From the IMG/VR virus record IMGVR_UViG_3300020474_001461, positions 14,276 to 78,275 of that record: DNA of 64,000 nucleotides. One strand, written 5' to 3'. Below the pieces are notes generated by a model. The model did no database searches. It saw only the letters and a list, made by a program, of their open reading frames with translations, and had not been told where the DNA came from. This DNA is from a virus. Shown here piece by piece: positions 50,652 to 60,609 of the stretch; position 1 is the first letter of the stretch; each line of letters begins with the position of its first letter. A program made the translations under genes and the position numbers.

Positions 50652-50870
50652 TTATCTGTACATTGTTACAAAAGAACCGAACTTATTATCGAACACTTTG
50701 ATTAGATTCTCATAATCACCACTTGTCATTTCATTCATTAGTGGTTTAAATGGAATATCAAATTCTCTACATAATCTTTTAGCCAAACCTAAGATTGCGT
50801 AAGCGTTACCATCGGGTCCTGTTAAATCGATTTCGATTCCTACTTTTTTATTTTCTTTTGATTTTATCAT
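50652..50870 (-). CDS. small phage protein (probable start 50870)
   Basis: IDLTGPDGNAYAILG...MTSGDYENLI; promoter lies inside the longer tracked ORF. Confidence 0.6.
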   Translation of the reverse strand: MIKSKENKKVGIEIDLTGPDGNAYAILGLAKRLCREFDIPFKPLMNEMTSGDYENLIKVFDNKFGSFVTMYR

Positions 50871-50889
50871 ATCTCTTAATCTTACACTA

Positions 50890-50921
50890 CTAATGTACGA
50901 CAATTAATTGATATATCCAAA
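50890..50921 (-). promoter_or_regulatory. Bacteroidota-type -33/-7 promoter with upstream TTAACA repeats
   Basis: TTTG-N20-TACATTAG; TTAACA x3 at 50929-50955. Confidence 0.65.
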
Positions 50922-50951
50922 TTTCTAATGTTAAATTTATGTTAAATTTTG

Positions 50952-51527
50952 TTAAATTCTTGCGAATTCTGAGGGATTACTTAAATACCTGTCTAAGAAT
51001 GGCATTTGTGTTTTTTTTAAGAGTATAGTTCTTCTATTTGTGTCTACAATACCACTGATTCCGTTAAAATCATTTAAAGGACCTGATATTTTCCATTTTA
51101 AGTCGACCCTGTGATAATTTGGGTTTTTAAAACTAAAACCTTTTTTATTTACTTCAAATATAATCTGACTTCCCTTTTTTGATAAAAAATATCTCACTAT
51201 ATATCCTGTATCATAATCTTCTTGAGTTGGTATTGGATATGATGGGTCGGGTGTAACCAACGCAGGTTCATAATCATCTATTTCTTTTATTTTATTGTAT
51301 TGAAAAGTTCTATTGATACTTGCATTTGTTAGATTTTGGAAACGTACTAATTTTACAGACTTACCTTTTATATATTCGGGTTGTGTAAATACCTCACCTG
51401 TATTTGTGTAAACATGATATTGTCCAACCCATTCCATACCATCTTCAGACATCCATTCTTGTCCTGATGTATACAGACCTTGTCTCTGTGCTCCTTTTGG
51501 ATAGTATATTCTTTGTCTTTTACTCAT
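50952..51527 (-). CDS. tail/baseplate-region protein
   Basis: Last gene of the tail operon; YTSGQEW..WVGQYH. Confidence 0.5.
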   Translation of the reverse strand: MSKRQRIYYPKGAQRQGLYTSGQEWMSEDGMEWVGQYHVYTNTGEVFTQPEYIKGKSVKLVRFQNLTNASINRTFQYNKIKEIDDYEPALVTPDPSYPIPTQEDYDTGYIVRYFLSKKGSQIIFEVNKKGFSFKNPNYHRVDLKWKISGPLNDFNGISGIVDTNRRTILLKKTQMPFLDRYLSNPSEFARI

Positions 51528-53305
51528 TATTTATTTACCATCATTAAACCTGTTACAGTCGTTGTCCAATCACCTGCACTAAAATCGTTTGCTATCTTTG
51601 TTACTACAAAAAATATATTCGCCCCTTGCATTCTTGACGGTAATCTGTCTACTGTAAAACCATCACCGTATTTAGGGCCATCATAACCATCAAATTTTAC
51701 AGTTGCTTCTAAACTATACGTTAAAGTTGGCATTACATTTAGTCCTTGAACATATGTTTTTAATGCTGATTTTGCGTTTGTTACATCATCTTCACTAATT
51801 CTATCACCAAGACCATCTTTTGCTTTTTGTAGTGGGTCACCATCACCTTCTGAAACATTTTCGTTACCGTCTTCAGGTTCTCTGTAACAACCTTTATACA
51901 ATTTATTTAACTGTGCACTATATTTACCCGACATTGCTGCATTGGTTGCAAGTGCAATCATATCCGAATCTAAATTAGATGAAAGTGATACTTCTCTAAT
52001 ACCACTTTCAAATCCATTTGTAACTGATATTTTTGTGAATGAGTTCCCTATACTGTTTCCTCTATTGGCTATAAACAACATTCCATCTTGGTCGGGGTCT
52101 GAATAAAAATATAAACGAATGTAACCACCTGAACAATCTTTTATCTTATTAAAGATTTTTTGTAGGTAAGCCATTGTTGATACTGCTTTTTCTTTATTGT
52201 CACCACCGTCCTTAGAAGTACTTGGTGGATTTTTTAATTCATCGTATTGATTTTGTAAGTAAGGTATCGATAAATATATATTTGATTCAGGACTACTACC
52301 ACCTGAAATTCCTGTAAACTTTGCTTTAGTACCATAATTAAGTGAATCATCACTATGTGATAATAACATTGTATATGGGTCAGCTGAAAATACTTTTGAA
52401 TCTATATTTCCACCATCAAAAGCTATATCAAATTCAAACGGACCTTTACTAAATACTTTTCCTTTTTGTGCATTTGAATTTATGAATCCTATTAAACTTT
52501 GTAAACTTACAAAATCCATTGATTCCCTATTAGTTCCCCAAAAGTTTGACCAACCACCTTCGTCTTGTATATGTTTTACCGTTGCGAATGCACCTTGTAA
52601 TGGTCCTTGACCACTATAATCCTGACCCTCACCTGCTGATGCTTCAGATGTGTTTAATGTAGATACCGCGGTTAAACCACTGATTATATCGGTTGGAATA
52701 ACTTCTGATTCTGATTCGGGGTCTGTATACTTTAGATTTTTTATTCCTAAACCTTTACCAAAAATTAAATCAGCTCCTTTTACACCATCTGTCATACCAC
52801 CTAATTTTATGGTACAGTCATAAGATAAATCTTGATTGATTGAAAAGTCAAATCCTGTAACATCACCTGTTACTGAAGTTGCTGTACCACCAACCCATCC
52901 TATATCTACTACACATCTATGTCCTGGCGTAAAAAAAGTTTTATCAATACCGTCAAAGTCATTTTTATTGTATACTTTAACTACTACACTTAATTCAAAT
53001 AACATTGCGTCTGAAAGGTCTTGTCCACCATCATTAGCCATTGATACAGATTCTAAAACAGGTTTTGGAGTTAATCTTGAACCTTCTGTTCCTAATACTT
53101 TTGAATGTACTTGTTGAACGTCACTTTCAATAGTTTTTATTGAGCCAGGACACCCCTTAACGTATTCACCGTCTGTTCTTTTAATGTATCTTATTTTTGC
53201 GTATGCTCTTCTGTGGACTCCAACTCCCTTTCCTATTCTTGATGAAGGAGTTTCCATAAAGTCTGAAGGAAGAGGTAATTTATTTGCACCTAAACTCAAA
53301 CCCAT
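51527..53305 (-). CDS. putative baseplate hub protein
   Basis: Position after the LysM gene; C-terminal FVVTKIAN..DWTTTV beta pattern. Confidence 0.55.
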   Translation of the reverse strand: MGLSLGANKLPLPSDFMETPSSRIGKGVGVHRRAYAKIRYIKRTDGEYVKGCPGSIKTIESDVQQVHSKVLGTEGSRLTPKPVLESVSMANDGGQDLSDAMLFELSVVVKVYNKNDFDGIDKTFFTPGHRCVVDIGWVGGTATSVTGDVTGFDFSINQDLSYDCTIKLGGMTDGVKGADLIFGKGLGIKNLKYTDPESESEVIPTDIISGLTAVSTLNTSEASAGEGQDYSGQGPLQGAFATVKHIQDEGGWSNFWGTNRESMDFVSLQSLIGFINSNAQKGKVFSKGPFEFDIAFDGGNIDSKVFSADPYTMLLSHSDDSLNYGTKAKFTGISGGSSPESNIYLSIPYLQNQYDELKNPPSTSKDGGDNKEKAVSTMAYLQKIFNKIKDCSGGYIRLYFYSDPDQDGMLFIANRGNSIGNSFTKISVTNGFESGIREVSLSSNLDSDMIALATNAAMSGKYSAQLNKLYKGCYREPEDGNENVSEGDGDPLQKAKDGLGDRISEDDVTNAKSALKTYVQGLNVMPTLTYSLEATVKFDGYDGPKYGDGFTVDRLPSRMQGANIFFVVTKIANDFSAGDWTTTVTGLMMVNK

Positions 53306-53308
53306 AAC

Positions 53309-53614
53309 TTAATCCTGTTTTTTATTTATTTCGTTATATTCTTCTATAATGATTTGTGGATTTTCAGGAATTCTGATTTGTTTTCCTGCTTTTACATTTA
53401 AACTTCCTAAACCAATTTTATTTGCTCTTGCAAGTATCCACCATAAAGATGGGTCTTTGTAATATTCATATGCAAGATTATCAAGTCTATCCCCTGTTCT
53501 AGCAACAATATATGTATCACCAATACTTGGTGGTATTAGTGGATATCTTACAGTTTCAGAATATCTTCTTTGACCTGCTTTTTTAATAACGTCTATTTCA
53601 GTATATCTTTTCAT
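53309..53614 (-). CDS. LysM-like baseplate wedge protein (gp53/gpX-like)
   Basis: GDRLDNLAYEYY.D..LWWILARAN..G.QIRIP. Confidence 0.8.
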   Translation of the reverse strand: MKRYTEIDVIKKAGQRRYSETVRYPLIPPSIGDTYIVARTGDRLDNLAYEYYKDPSLWWILARANKIGLGSLNVKAGKQIRIPENPQIIIEEYNEINKKQD

Positions 53615-53619
53615 AATTA

Positions 53620-56442
53620 TTAACTTCTAATATCTGTATTGAATGAAAATACTTTTTCACTATCATATTGATGTAGGTCGTTTCCAAGGATTGTACATCC
53701 AACCCCTATTTCGATTCCCATAGGTAATCCATATTCTATATCCCACGCAGTTTCATCAGAATATGTGTATGATAATGATGTTAGTATCATTGGTGTTTCT
53801 TCATACAAATGACCAATTGTTAATAATAACTCTCTATTACCATCTTCACCTGGCGCGGTATACCCATTACTAAGATAATCAGGCATTGTATAAGTAGATA
53901 ATCTTTCTAACTTTTTCCAAATCGGTTTCATTTCCGCTCTTGAAGTTGGATAAACTTTAAAATTAAAACTGATATCTCTTTTAAATGTATCATAAACATA
54001 TACAGGTTCTGCTCTACCACTATATTTTATTTCAGTATAACTTGGTGAGAAGTTTTCTGCTAAACCTGCTATAGTTCCTCTAAATTGTATTCTACTACCC
54101 TCTGTTCCTTGTTGGAATATCATATTTACTAAATCATCACCTGTTTCACCAATTCCTAAACTTTGTATTTCGTCTGCGGATTGGAAGTCTGATATATTTT
54201 CACCATACTGATTTATTTGAGAACGAGTTTTATTATCTTTTTGTCTCATCTGACCTGAATCAGGGAATCCAAATCTTTTCTCTATCTTGTCATCATTATT
54301 ATCAGACCATGACTTTTCAGGTTTAACATCTTTTTCTTGTCTAAAGTCTGTTAAACTACTTGGGTTTTTGTGTCTATCTTTTGATATTTTACTAATTATT
54401 CCATATGATATTGCTGAATAATCTGCGATATCAGGTTGACTATCAGTAAAACCTTCTGATTTAAGACGTGTAGTATTATCTATTCTACTTGATGACTCTT
54501 CGGTGATTTGACTTGCAACACCAAATTTTGAAAGTTCGTCTTCATCAGTTAAAGGAACTGATTTTTCATAAAGTTTTTCAACTTCTTTACTTGTATCAGT
54601 TTCTTCAAAAGGATTAAATTTAGAACCACCTTTTTCTATCTTTTGTTTATGATATGTTTTTACAGTTCTTTCATTTTTATCTGTACTTGATTCTTTTCCA
54701 ACATTTATTTTTGTAAATCTTTCAACTTCTGTATCAAGTTCTGTTTTATACGACTCACCATCTGTAATAGTTTCCTCGTATGTTTTCATAGCTAAATCAA
54801 ACGGATTGAATCTGATTTTAAAGTTTACTTCTGAATTTCCACCGTTTTCATTTCCGAAATCTATAGATGAATTATCAATACTATTATATTTTCTTGTAAT
54901 ATTAGTAGTTCCTAAACCATATACAGAACCAAAACCACCTTGATATGATTGCCAAGTAAATCCTGTTGGAGTACTGTCATTACTTATATTTAATTTTTTA
55001 GGTTCAAGACTACCATCACCATATAATGATTTTAAATCTTCAGTATTGTTTATTACTTCTTCTAATGGGTTACCTATTTTGAAATATTTTAATGCTGCTT
55101 CTTTGGCTAAAGACACTCCACCTCTATCAGGACGTAATCCTGTATGTTGACCACCTATCGTAGCTAAAAGATTATCAGGTTTCCATTTAGTATCAAATTT
55201 TTGACTTTTTTGTAATCCTACTTGTTTTGCTGCCCAAGTTAATCCTCTTGGAGTCAATAAAAACTCACTTATTCTTAATACATCTAATGCTGCTCTTTCA
55301 GTTGAAGTTAATGCTCCACCTCTAATAAAAGATGTAGAACCGATTCCACTTACTTGTGGTTCACCTTTTTTAGTTTGGATACCTCTTATAATAAAAGGTT
55401 GTTTGATTGGTGACCTATTAAATGAATCATTCTTAAGATTAAACTTATTGTATGTATCTTTTAAAACACTGTTTGAATAAAATGCACCTAATCCTGTATC
55501 ATTGTCTAATCTTATTTGATACTTTGTATCGTCTACATTACCAATCAAAGAAGTACTACCATCAAAATTAGTACGAGTTGGGTCTATACCAACAAATTTA
55601 GTATCATCTACAGTTGACATAAATGGTGAAAATCCAACTGCTTTATCGTTAGTAAAGAAATCAACTTTTTTACCTACCTCAAAACCTTGTGATTCTAAGT
55701 TTCCACTAAACGTGAAATCATTTGGAGTTGTTTCACCCTTAAATCTATCACCTTGTGTTATATTTTTTCTATCTGTCTCACCTAAGAATTTAGAAGACCT
55801 GTCTGATTCAACAGGTGTAGTTTCACCTAAGAATTTAGAAGACCTGTCTGATGAATTTGGTGTGGTCTCACCTAAAAATTGTTGAACAAATTTAAAATTA
55901 TTAGGAGTTGTTTCACCTTTGAACTTATCACCCTGAGTTGCGTCATTAGGTGTTGTTTCACCTTTGAACTTATCACCTTGAGTTGTTTCAGTTGGAGTAG
56001 TTTCACCCTTAAATTTGTCACCTTGAGTTGCTTCGGTTGGAGTTGTTTCACCTTTGAACTTATCACCCTGAGTTGCTTCAGTTGGAGTAGTTTCACCTTT
56101 AAACTTATCACCTTGAGTTGCATCGGTTGGAGTAGTTTCACCTTTGAACTTATCACCCTGTTTTATAGGAGTGGTTTCTGTTTGACCAAGAAATCTTTCA
56201 AGAAGTGACATTCTTGTAGGAGTTGTCTCACCTTTGAACTTATCACCCTGTTTTACTTCATTTGGTGTTGTACCAACTTTTTCAGGAGTTTGTTTTGGTG
56301 ATTGTACTTTTTTATTTTGTACCTTATCAGACAAAGGAGTAGTACTGAAAGACGTTGGTTTTGGTCTTTCTTTATTACTCAATGGTTCTGATTTAGGTTT
56401 TCTAAATTCAGACAAATTTGATTTTAAATCTTTTAATGCCAT
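53620..56442 (-). CDS. tail-tube initiator/baseplate-like protein with N-terminal 14-aa repeats
   Basis: C-terminal GRAEPVYVY..FKRDISFNF...ILTSLSY...WDI (gp48/54-like); repeat tract. Confidence 0.6.
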   Translation of the reverse strand: MALKDLKSNLSEFRKPKSEPLSNKERPKPTSFSTTPLSDKVQNKKVQSPKQTPEKVGTTPNEVKQGDKFKGETTPTRMSLLERFLGQTETTPIKQGDKFKGETTPTDATQGDKFKGETTPTEATQGDKFKGETTPTEATQGDKFKGETTPTETTQGDKFKGETTPNDATQGDKFKGETTPNNFKFVQQFLGETTPNSSDRSSKFLGETTPVESDRSSKFLGETDRKNITQGDRFKGETTPNDFTFSGNLESQGFEVGKKVDFFTNDKAVGFSPFMSTVDDTKFVGIDPTRTNFDGSTSLIGNVDDTKYQIRLDNDTGLGAFYSNSVLKDTYNKFNLKNDSFNRSPIKQPFIIRGIQTKKGEPQVSGIGSTSFIRGGALTSTERAALDVLRISEFLLTPRGLTWAAKQVGLQKSQKFDTKWKPDNLLATIGGQHTGLRPDRGGVSLAKEAALKYFKIGNPLEEVINNTEDLKSLYGDGSLEPKKLNISNDSTPTGFTWQSYQGGFGSVYGLGTTNITRKYNSIDNSSIDFGNENGGNSEVNFKIRFNPFDLAMKTYEETITDGESYKTELDTEVERFTKINVGKESSTDKNERTVKTYHKQKIEKGGSKFNPFEETDTSKEVEKLYEKSVPLTDEDELSKFGVASQITEESSSRIDNTTRLKSEGFTDSQPDIADYSAISYGIISKISKDRHKNPSSLTDFRQEKDVKPEKSWSDNNDDKIEKRFGFPDSGQMRQKDNKTRSQINQYGENISDFQSADEIQSLGIGETGDDLVNMIFQQGTEGSRIQFRGTIAGLAENFSPSYTEIKYSGRAEPVYVYDTFKRDISFNFKVYPTSRAEMKPIWKKLERLSTYTMPDYLSNGYTAPGEDGNRELLLTIGHLYEETPMILTSLSYTYSDETAWDIEYGLPMGIEIGVGCTILGNDLHQYDSEKVFSFNTDIRS
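55720..56255 (-). repeat. 42-bp coding tandem repeat (TQGDKFKGETTPxx), about a dozen near-exact and degenerate units
   Basis: Recurring plus-strand tttcacc(t/c)tt(g/a)aacttatcacc; variant units SDRSSKFLGETTP. Confidence 0.9.
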
Positions 56443-58787
56443 TATACTGCCCTACTTTGTCTTGAACGTTGTACTCTTGTTATTTCACTAATAACTTTAC
56501 CATCGACAACTATTTGTATTGGTTGTCCTGCTATATCACTTCTAAGTCCTTTTAATTCACTAACTACGTCTGAGTCACCACCTTCATCACCACCACCAAA
56601 GATTCCACCTAATGCTCCACCAAGTGCAAGTAGTGCGGGTGCTGCTACTGATAACGCGAGTAACATTCCTAATATAGGAAGTGCTGCCATTCCTGCATAT
56701 CCCATTATTCCTAATCCGGCTGCGATTGAAATTAATCCTGCTCCAACCATTAGTAATGGACCTGCTACTTGACCTAATGTCGCAAGACTTTCAACCATAC
56801 CGTCCATACCCGAATCACCCAACATTCCAAACGCCATTGCTGCGGGTATTAATGCTAATCCTAATATCATTAATGCTGCCGCCCCTGCTATGACAAATGG
56901 AGCAATAAATCCAAGTCCGGCTGCTGCTAATGCAAGTAGAGGTAACATTATAGAGAAGGCAATCATTTTACCAACATCTACATTTTCTAATAAACTAAAT
57001 GCGTATGCTGCTGGTATCAATGCGACTGCTACTATTCCAAGTGCGAGGGCACCCATAATTACGTTTCCTGCCACATTAGCTATTAATGAGAGAGTTGCAC
57101 CTAAGATACCCATTGATACTGAGAATGCTAACATTTTAACAGGGTCAACATCACCTAATACTTCCATTGCTACTGCAAACCCAACACCTAATATTGCTAC
57201 AACCCCTGCTAAAGTTAATGCACCTAATAATGTCTTACCTGCTCCTTTTGCGAATGCCTGTAGTCCATCTCTTAATCCTGTTAAGAATGATTTAATACCA
57301 CCTGCTTTTTTAGGGTCAACATCACCATCTATTTTAGGTGTTTCTATTTTTGGTTTTTTACTCATGCCAGGAATTAGGTTTTTAAAACCCATATCTTTAC
57401 CTTGCATTTTGTTCATGATAGCCATTTGAGCAACCGCTCCTGCAAATGCTGTTCCGATATTTAAACCAAAACTACCAACTTTACCCATAATTTGTGCAGT
57501 TTTTGCATCTGCTTCTGCTAATGCCTGAAGTTCTTCAGTACTCATAGTTGGGTTTTCTGCTTTCAATCTTGCGAATTGTTCTTGTTTAACCACCATGTCA
57601 GAAAGACCATCAACGTTTGTACCCATCAATGCTGCGACTGCTTCTTTTTCTTTTCTATTCATTTCACCGAATCGTTCAGCATCTACACCTGCTTGTTTTA
57701 ATGCTTGACCCATTAGTTCCATACCTTCGGCTTCATCACCAAATTCAAATGCCATCGCGGCGTCTCTAAATGCACCTGCTGAACCTGCAATATCATCCAT
57801 ACCCATCGCTCTTACTTTCATTTCTGCTCGTAAAGAGGTTTCAATGTTTAAGAGATTACCTGACATCTCTTCCATCTGAGCCATTGTGACACCCTGTCTT
57901 TGTAATTCTGCTGTTTTCTTCGCAAGATTCTTTAATTCTTCTGCTGATGCTCCAACAAGTAATCCTGCCGAACCTGCCATTTGTTTAAATAATGCACTTG
58001 CATTAACACCTTCTTTAGTTGCGATTGCTCTAATATCATCGGTAAGGTCTGAACTATTCTGTGCTGTTTGTTCAAATATTTCGTTTAATTTAACTGAGTT
58101 CGCTGCGTCACCTGTTAGTGCTGTTAGTTCTGCAATATCTTTTTGCATTTGTGATGTGATACCTCGTGTCGTTCCAAAGAAATCACCTGCGTCTTTTGCT
58201 GCTGCTGATAATCCTTCCACACCATAGAGTAAACCTTCAATACTAATTGCTGCTCCAAGTGTTTGAAAACCTAATCGTGTCGCTTCATCTGCTGAGGTAC
58301 CCATGTTTGTATAAAGGTCTTTTGCAAGACCCACGGTATTATTCATTACATCACCAAGATATTCTATTGCTTTAGTTGTTGCTACAATACCAACACCGAT
58401 TGCACCACCTTGTTGAAATGCTTTGACAAATTCATTGTTCATTCCTGACGCGTCTTTTAATTTGTCGTTAAGGTCATCCATTAACCCTTTTCGTTTTTCT
58501 TCAAGTTTCATGATGTCTCTTGTAGTTGTGAGTTCATCAATCATTTCTTGATTTATATCAGTCTTAGTTTTTGCTTGTTCAAGTAATAATTCGTTGATTG
58601 CTTCGTCTAACTTTTGGATACCGTCTGCAGATTTAATTCTATCCTGCAACTTACTGTCAAGGTCGATTGCAATTTCAATCGCCCTTTCGTTTTCCATATT
58701 CGTACCTTCAACAATACCTTTTAACTTTTCAGCAAGGTTTATTTGTTCAATGTACGCTTGTTTTTTTTGTTTGTTAGACTCTGCCAT
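56442..58787 (-). CDS. tape measure protein
   Basis: Helical Ala/Gly-rich, hydrophobic C-terminal repeats, IQIVVDGKVI end; position after chaperone. Confidence 0.8.
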   Translation of the reverse strand: MAESNKQKKQAYIEQINLAEKLKGIVEGTNMENERAIEIAIDLDSKLQDRIKSADGIQKLDEAINELLLEQAKTKTDINQEMIDELTTTRDIMKLEEKRKGLMDDLNDKLKDASGMNNEFVKAFQQGGAIGVGIVATTKAIEYLGDVMNNTVGLAKDLYTNMGTSADEATRLGFQTLGAAISIEGLLYGVEGLSAAAKDAGDFFGTTRGITSQMQKDIAELTALTGDAANSVKLNEIFEQTAQNSSDLTDDIRAIATKEGVNASALFKQMAGSAGLLVGASAEELKNLAKKTAELQRQGVTMAQMEEMSGNLLNIETSLRAEMKVRAMGMDDIAGSAGAFRDAAMAFEFGDEAEGMELMGQALKQAGVDAERFGEMNRKEKEAVAALMGTNVDGLSDMVVKQEQFARLKAENPTMSTEELQALAEADAKTAQIMGKVGSFGLNIGTAFAGAVAQMAIMNKMQGKDMGFKNLIPGMSKKPKIETPKIDGDVDPKKAGGIKSFLTGLRDGLQAFAKGAGKTLLGALTLAGVVAILGVGFAVAMEVLGDVDPVKMLAFSVSMGILGATLSLIANVAGNVIMGALALGIVAVALIPAAYAFSLLENVDVGKMIAFSIMLPLLALAAAGLGFIAPFVIAGAAALMILGLALIPAAMAFGMLGDSGMDGMVESLATLGQVAGPLLMVGAGLISIAAGLGIMGYAGMAALPILGMLLALSVAAPALLALGGALGGIFGGGDEGGDSDVVSELKGLRSDIAGQPIQIVVDGKVISEITRVQRSRQSRAV

Positions 58788-58801
58788 TATACCCCTCTAT
58801 A

Positions 58802-59044
58802 TTATATAACACCTAATGAATGTGCTTTTCTAAGAGATTGTTGTAGTTTTCTTATTGCGTCTTTTTGTTGTGGGTTTTTTACTTTTTCTATTTTTGAGTC
58901 TATTTCATTATCAATCTTGTCGATATTCTTTCTTAGTCTCATTTTTTTGAAGATATCAAAGATACCTTCGTCTAAACCATACGCGTCAAATATCTTTTTT
59001 AAATCTGATTCTTTAATAGTTTTCATAGGAATTCCTTTGTTCAT
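58802..59044 (-). CDS. small hypothetical late protein
   Basis: IKE/LDE motifs; own TATTTATA motif at 59049-59056. Confidence 0.55.
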   Translation of the reverse strand: MNKGIPMKTIKESDLKKIFDAYGLDEGIFDIFKKMRLRKNIDKIDNEIDSKIEKVKNPQQKDAIRKLQQSLRKAHSLGVI

Positions 59045-59059
59045 ATGTTATAAATATGT

Positions 59060-59083
59060 AAAAACCCAACATTTACGTTGGGT
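59060..59083 (-). terminator. intrinsic terminator
   Basis: ACCCAAC-loop-GTTGGGT followed by a U-run on the minus strand. Confidence 0.7.
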
Positions 59084-59088
59084 CTATA

Positions 59089-59310
59089 CTATCTTCTTGG
59101 AGTTCTTGATTTAGCTTTTCTCATTTCCTTATCATGATGTTTCTTTTCTTCCTTCTTGAATTCAATTATTTTCTGTATATAAAACTCTCTTACCCAAACA
59201 GGAAAGTTATAAACATCACTAAAATTAAATCCACCATTTCCGTGATAAATAAGGTCGAAGATTTGAGAATGTAACTGCTTTCTATAGTTAATTGTTAGGC
59301 CAAAAAAACC
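59089..59310 (-). CDS. start-less gp51/'T'-like chaperone extension, probably reached by frameshift; not in ORF track
   Basis: GFFGLTINYRKQLHSQIFDLIYHGNGGFNFSDVYNFPVWVREFYIQKIIEFKKEE...RR*; no ATG/GTG/TTG until the last 11 codons. Confidence 0.7.
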   Translation of the reverse strand, partial: GFFGLTINYRKQLHSQIFDLIYHGNGGFNFSDVYNFPVWVREFYIQKIIEFKKEEKKHHDKEMRKAKSRTPRR

Positions 59311-60166
59311 CGATATCCATAGGAAGTGTCATTTCTCTCCCTTCCCCGCTTTCCTCAGAAATAAACTCAAATGTTAAATCAATATCGGGAGTAACTTTTG
59401 TTATATACGCTCTGAGTGCTCTTGAATCCACCGCAAATAACTCGTTGTCCACAAAATGGTTGATGTCTTTTTGTTCTTCTGAACCATCTATTGATAAAAT
59501 TGTATTCTTCAATCTTGTAGTTAACTGTCTTGAAGTCATATCTTTAATTTTACGATTTGCTTTCTTCAGTGATTCTACTTGATGTTTTACTTTTCTTTCT
59601 TTTGACTCATTCATAGCCATAAAAGTAATTTTTCTCTTTGATTGGGGTAATGTGAACTCAAATTCATTTTTATTTGGTTCTGTTTGATTAGACCCATCAT
59701 ATGGTTTGTTTTCAAATTGTGTTAAATCAATATTTTCTTGTTGTTTAGTCCCTGGCCTTGTTGGGTCTTCTACTTCTACTTTGTAGTCTTTACCATATCC
59801 AAGAATTCTTGCTGCAATCATAATTGCGTTCTTGTCACCTGTTACTAAATCTGTATAATTTATTGATTCACCTTTATCATTACCTATAACTAAAGATTTA
59901 AACAATCTGTCTAATACTGTTCCATCTTTAATATATGATTGGGTTGTTAAGATATCTTCCTCTTTTGCAGTCATATATTTCATTTCTATTTTACCTGTTG
60001 AGAGAGGGTTATCTTTTGGATAGATTAAACCATTTGACGGTAAATCTATGATTTCTGTAGGAAATTTGTAATCACGAATTTGTTTTGATTCGTGTTCCTT
60101 TTTGACTTTTTCTACCAACTCCTCGTTAGAAAGAGGGTAATCGTCAGTTAATTTTTGATTTGCCAT
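59288..60166 (-). CDS. tail assembly chaperone / T4 gp26-like baseplate hub assembly protein
   Basis: IDLPS.G..Y, MTAKEEDIL, GD.NAIMIAAR..GYG; ends GFFWP. Confidence 0.75.
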   Translation of the reverse strand: MANQKLTDDYPLSNEELVEKVKKEHESKQIRDYKFPTEIIDLPSNGLIYPKDNPLSTGKIEMKYMTAKEEDILTTQSYIKDGTVLDRLFKSLVIGNDKGESINYTDLVTGDKNAIMIAARILGYGKDYKVEVEDPTRPGTKQQENIDLTQFENKPYDGSNQTEPNKNEFEFTLPQSKRKITFMAMNESKERKVKHQVESLKKANRKIKDMTSRQLTTRLKNTILSIDGSEEQKDINHFVDNELFAVDSRALRAYITKVTPDIDLTFEFISEESGEGREMTLPMDIGFFWPNN

Positions 60167-60234
60167 AATAAAACTCGTTTTATAATTTGTTGTACTGTAC
60201 TATAATATATATGAAATCGCAAAATAATTAATAC

Positions 60235-60260
60235 AAAAAACCCCCAAAAAGATGGGGGTT
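60235..60260 (-). terminator. intrinsic terminator
   Basis: AACCCCCA-loop-TGGGGGTT plus U-run. Confidence 0.75.
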
Positions 60261-60284
60261 AATGTTTTTTGAAGATTTTTAGTG

Positions 60285-60548
60285 TTATGCCCAAGTATAA
60301 CTTCCTTCTGAACCATTTAAGATTGCTCCTGATTCTTTATCCTCAGGTACATCTGCGTCATCCATAGTGATTTTATCTCTTCCGATATAATCCCAACCAT
60401 CAGTAGGTAGTTTCATTTCAGCTGTTTCCTCTGAAATAGTAAAGTGGGTTGCTGCTTCACCACCATTATCTTTATCTACCCAAGTGTAACCGTGACCAAA
60501 CCACTCTACAACGTTATCTTCTTTACGTCTTACTAAATTGTATGCCAT
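60285..60548 (-). CDS. hypothetical protein
   Basis: AGGAG SD; flanked by terminators. Confidence 0.6.
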   Translation of the reverse strand: MAYNLVRRKEDNVVEWFGHGYTWVDKDNGGEAATHFTISEETAEMKLPTDGWDYIGRDKITMDDADVPEDKESGAILNGSEGSYTWA

Positions 60549-60609
60549 TTTAAACTCCTATATTGGTTAACCATATATTGTATACAGTAATAAGTATATA
60601 ATTAAAAGT

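Noticed and set aside
55720-56255. Tandem repeat as a CRISPR array
   Set aside because: In-frame 42-bp coding units with synonymous variation, no unique spacers and no cas operon.
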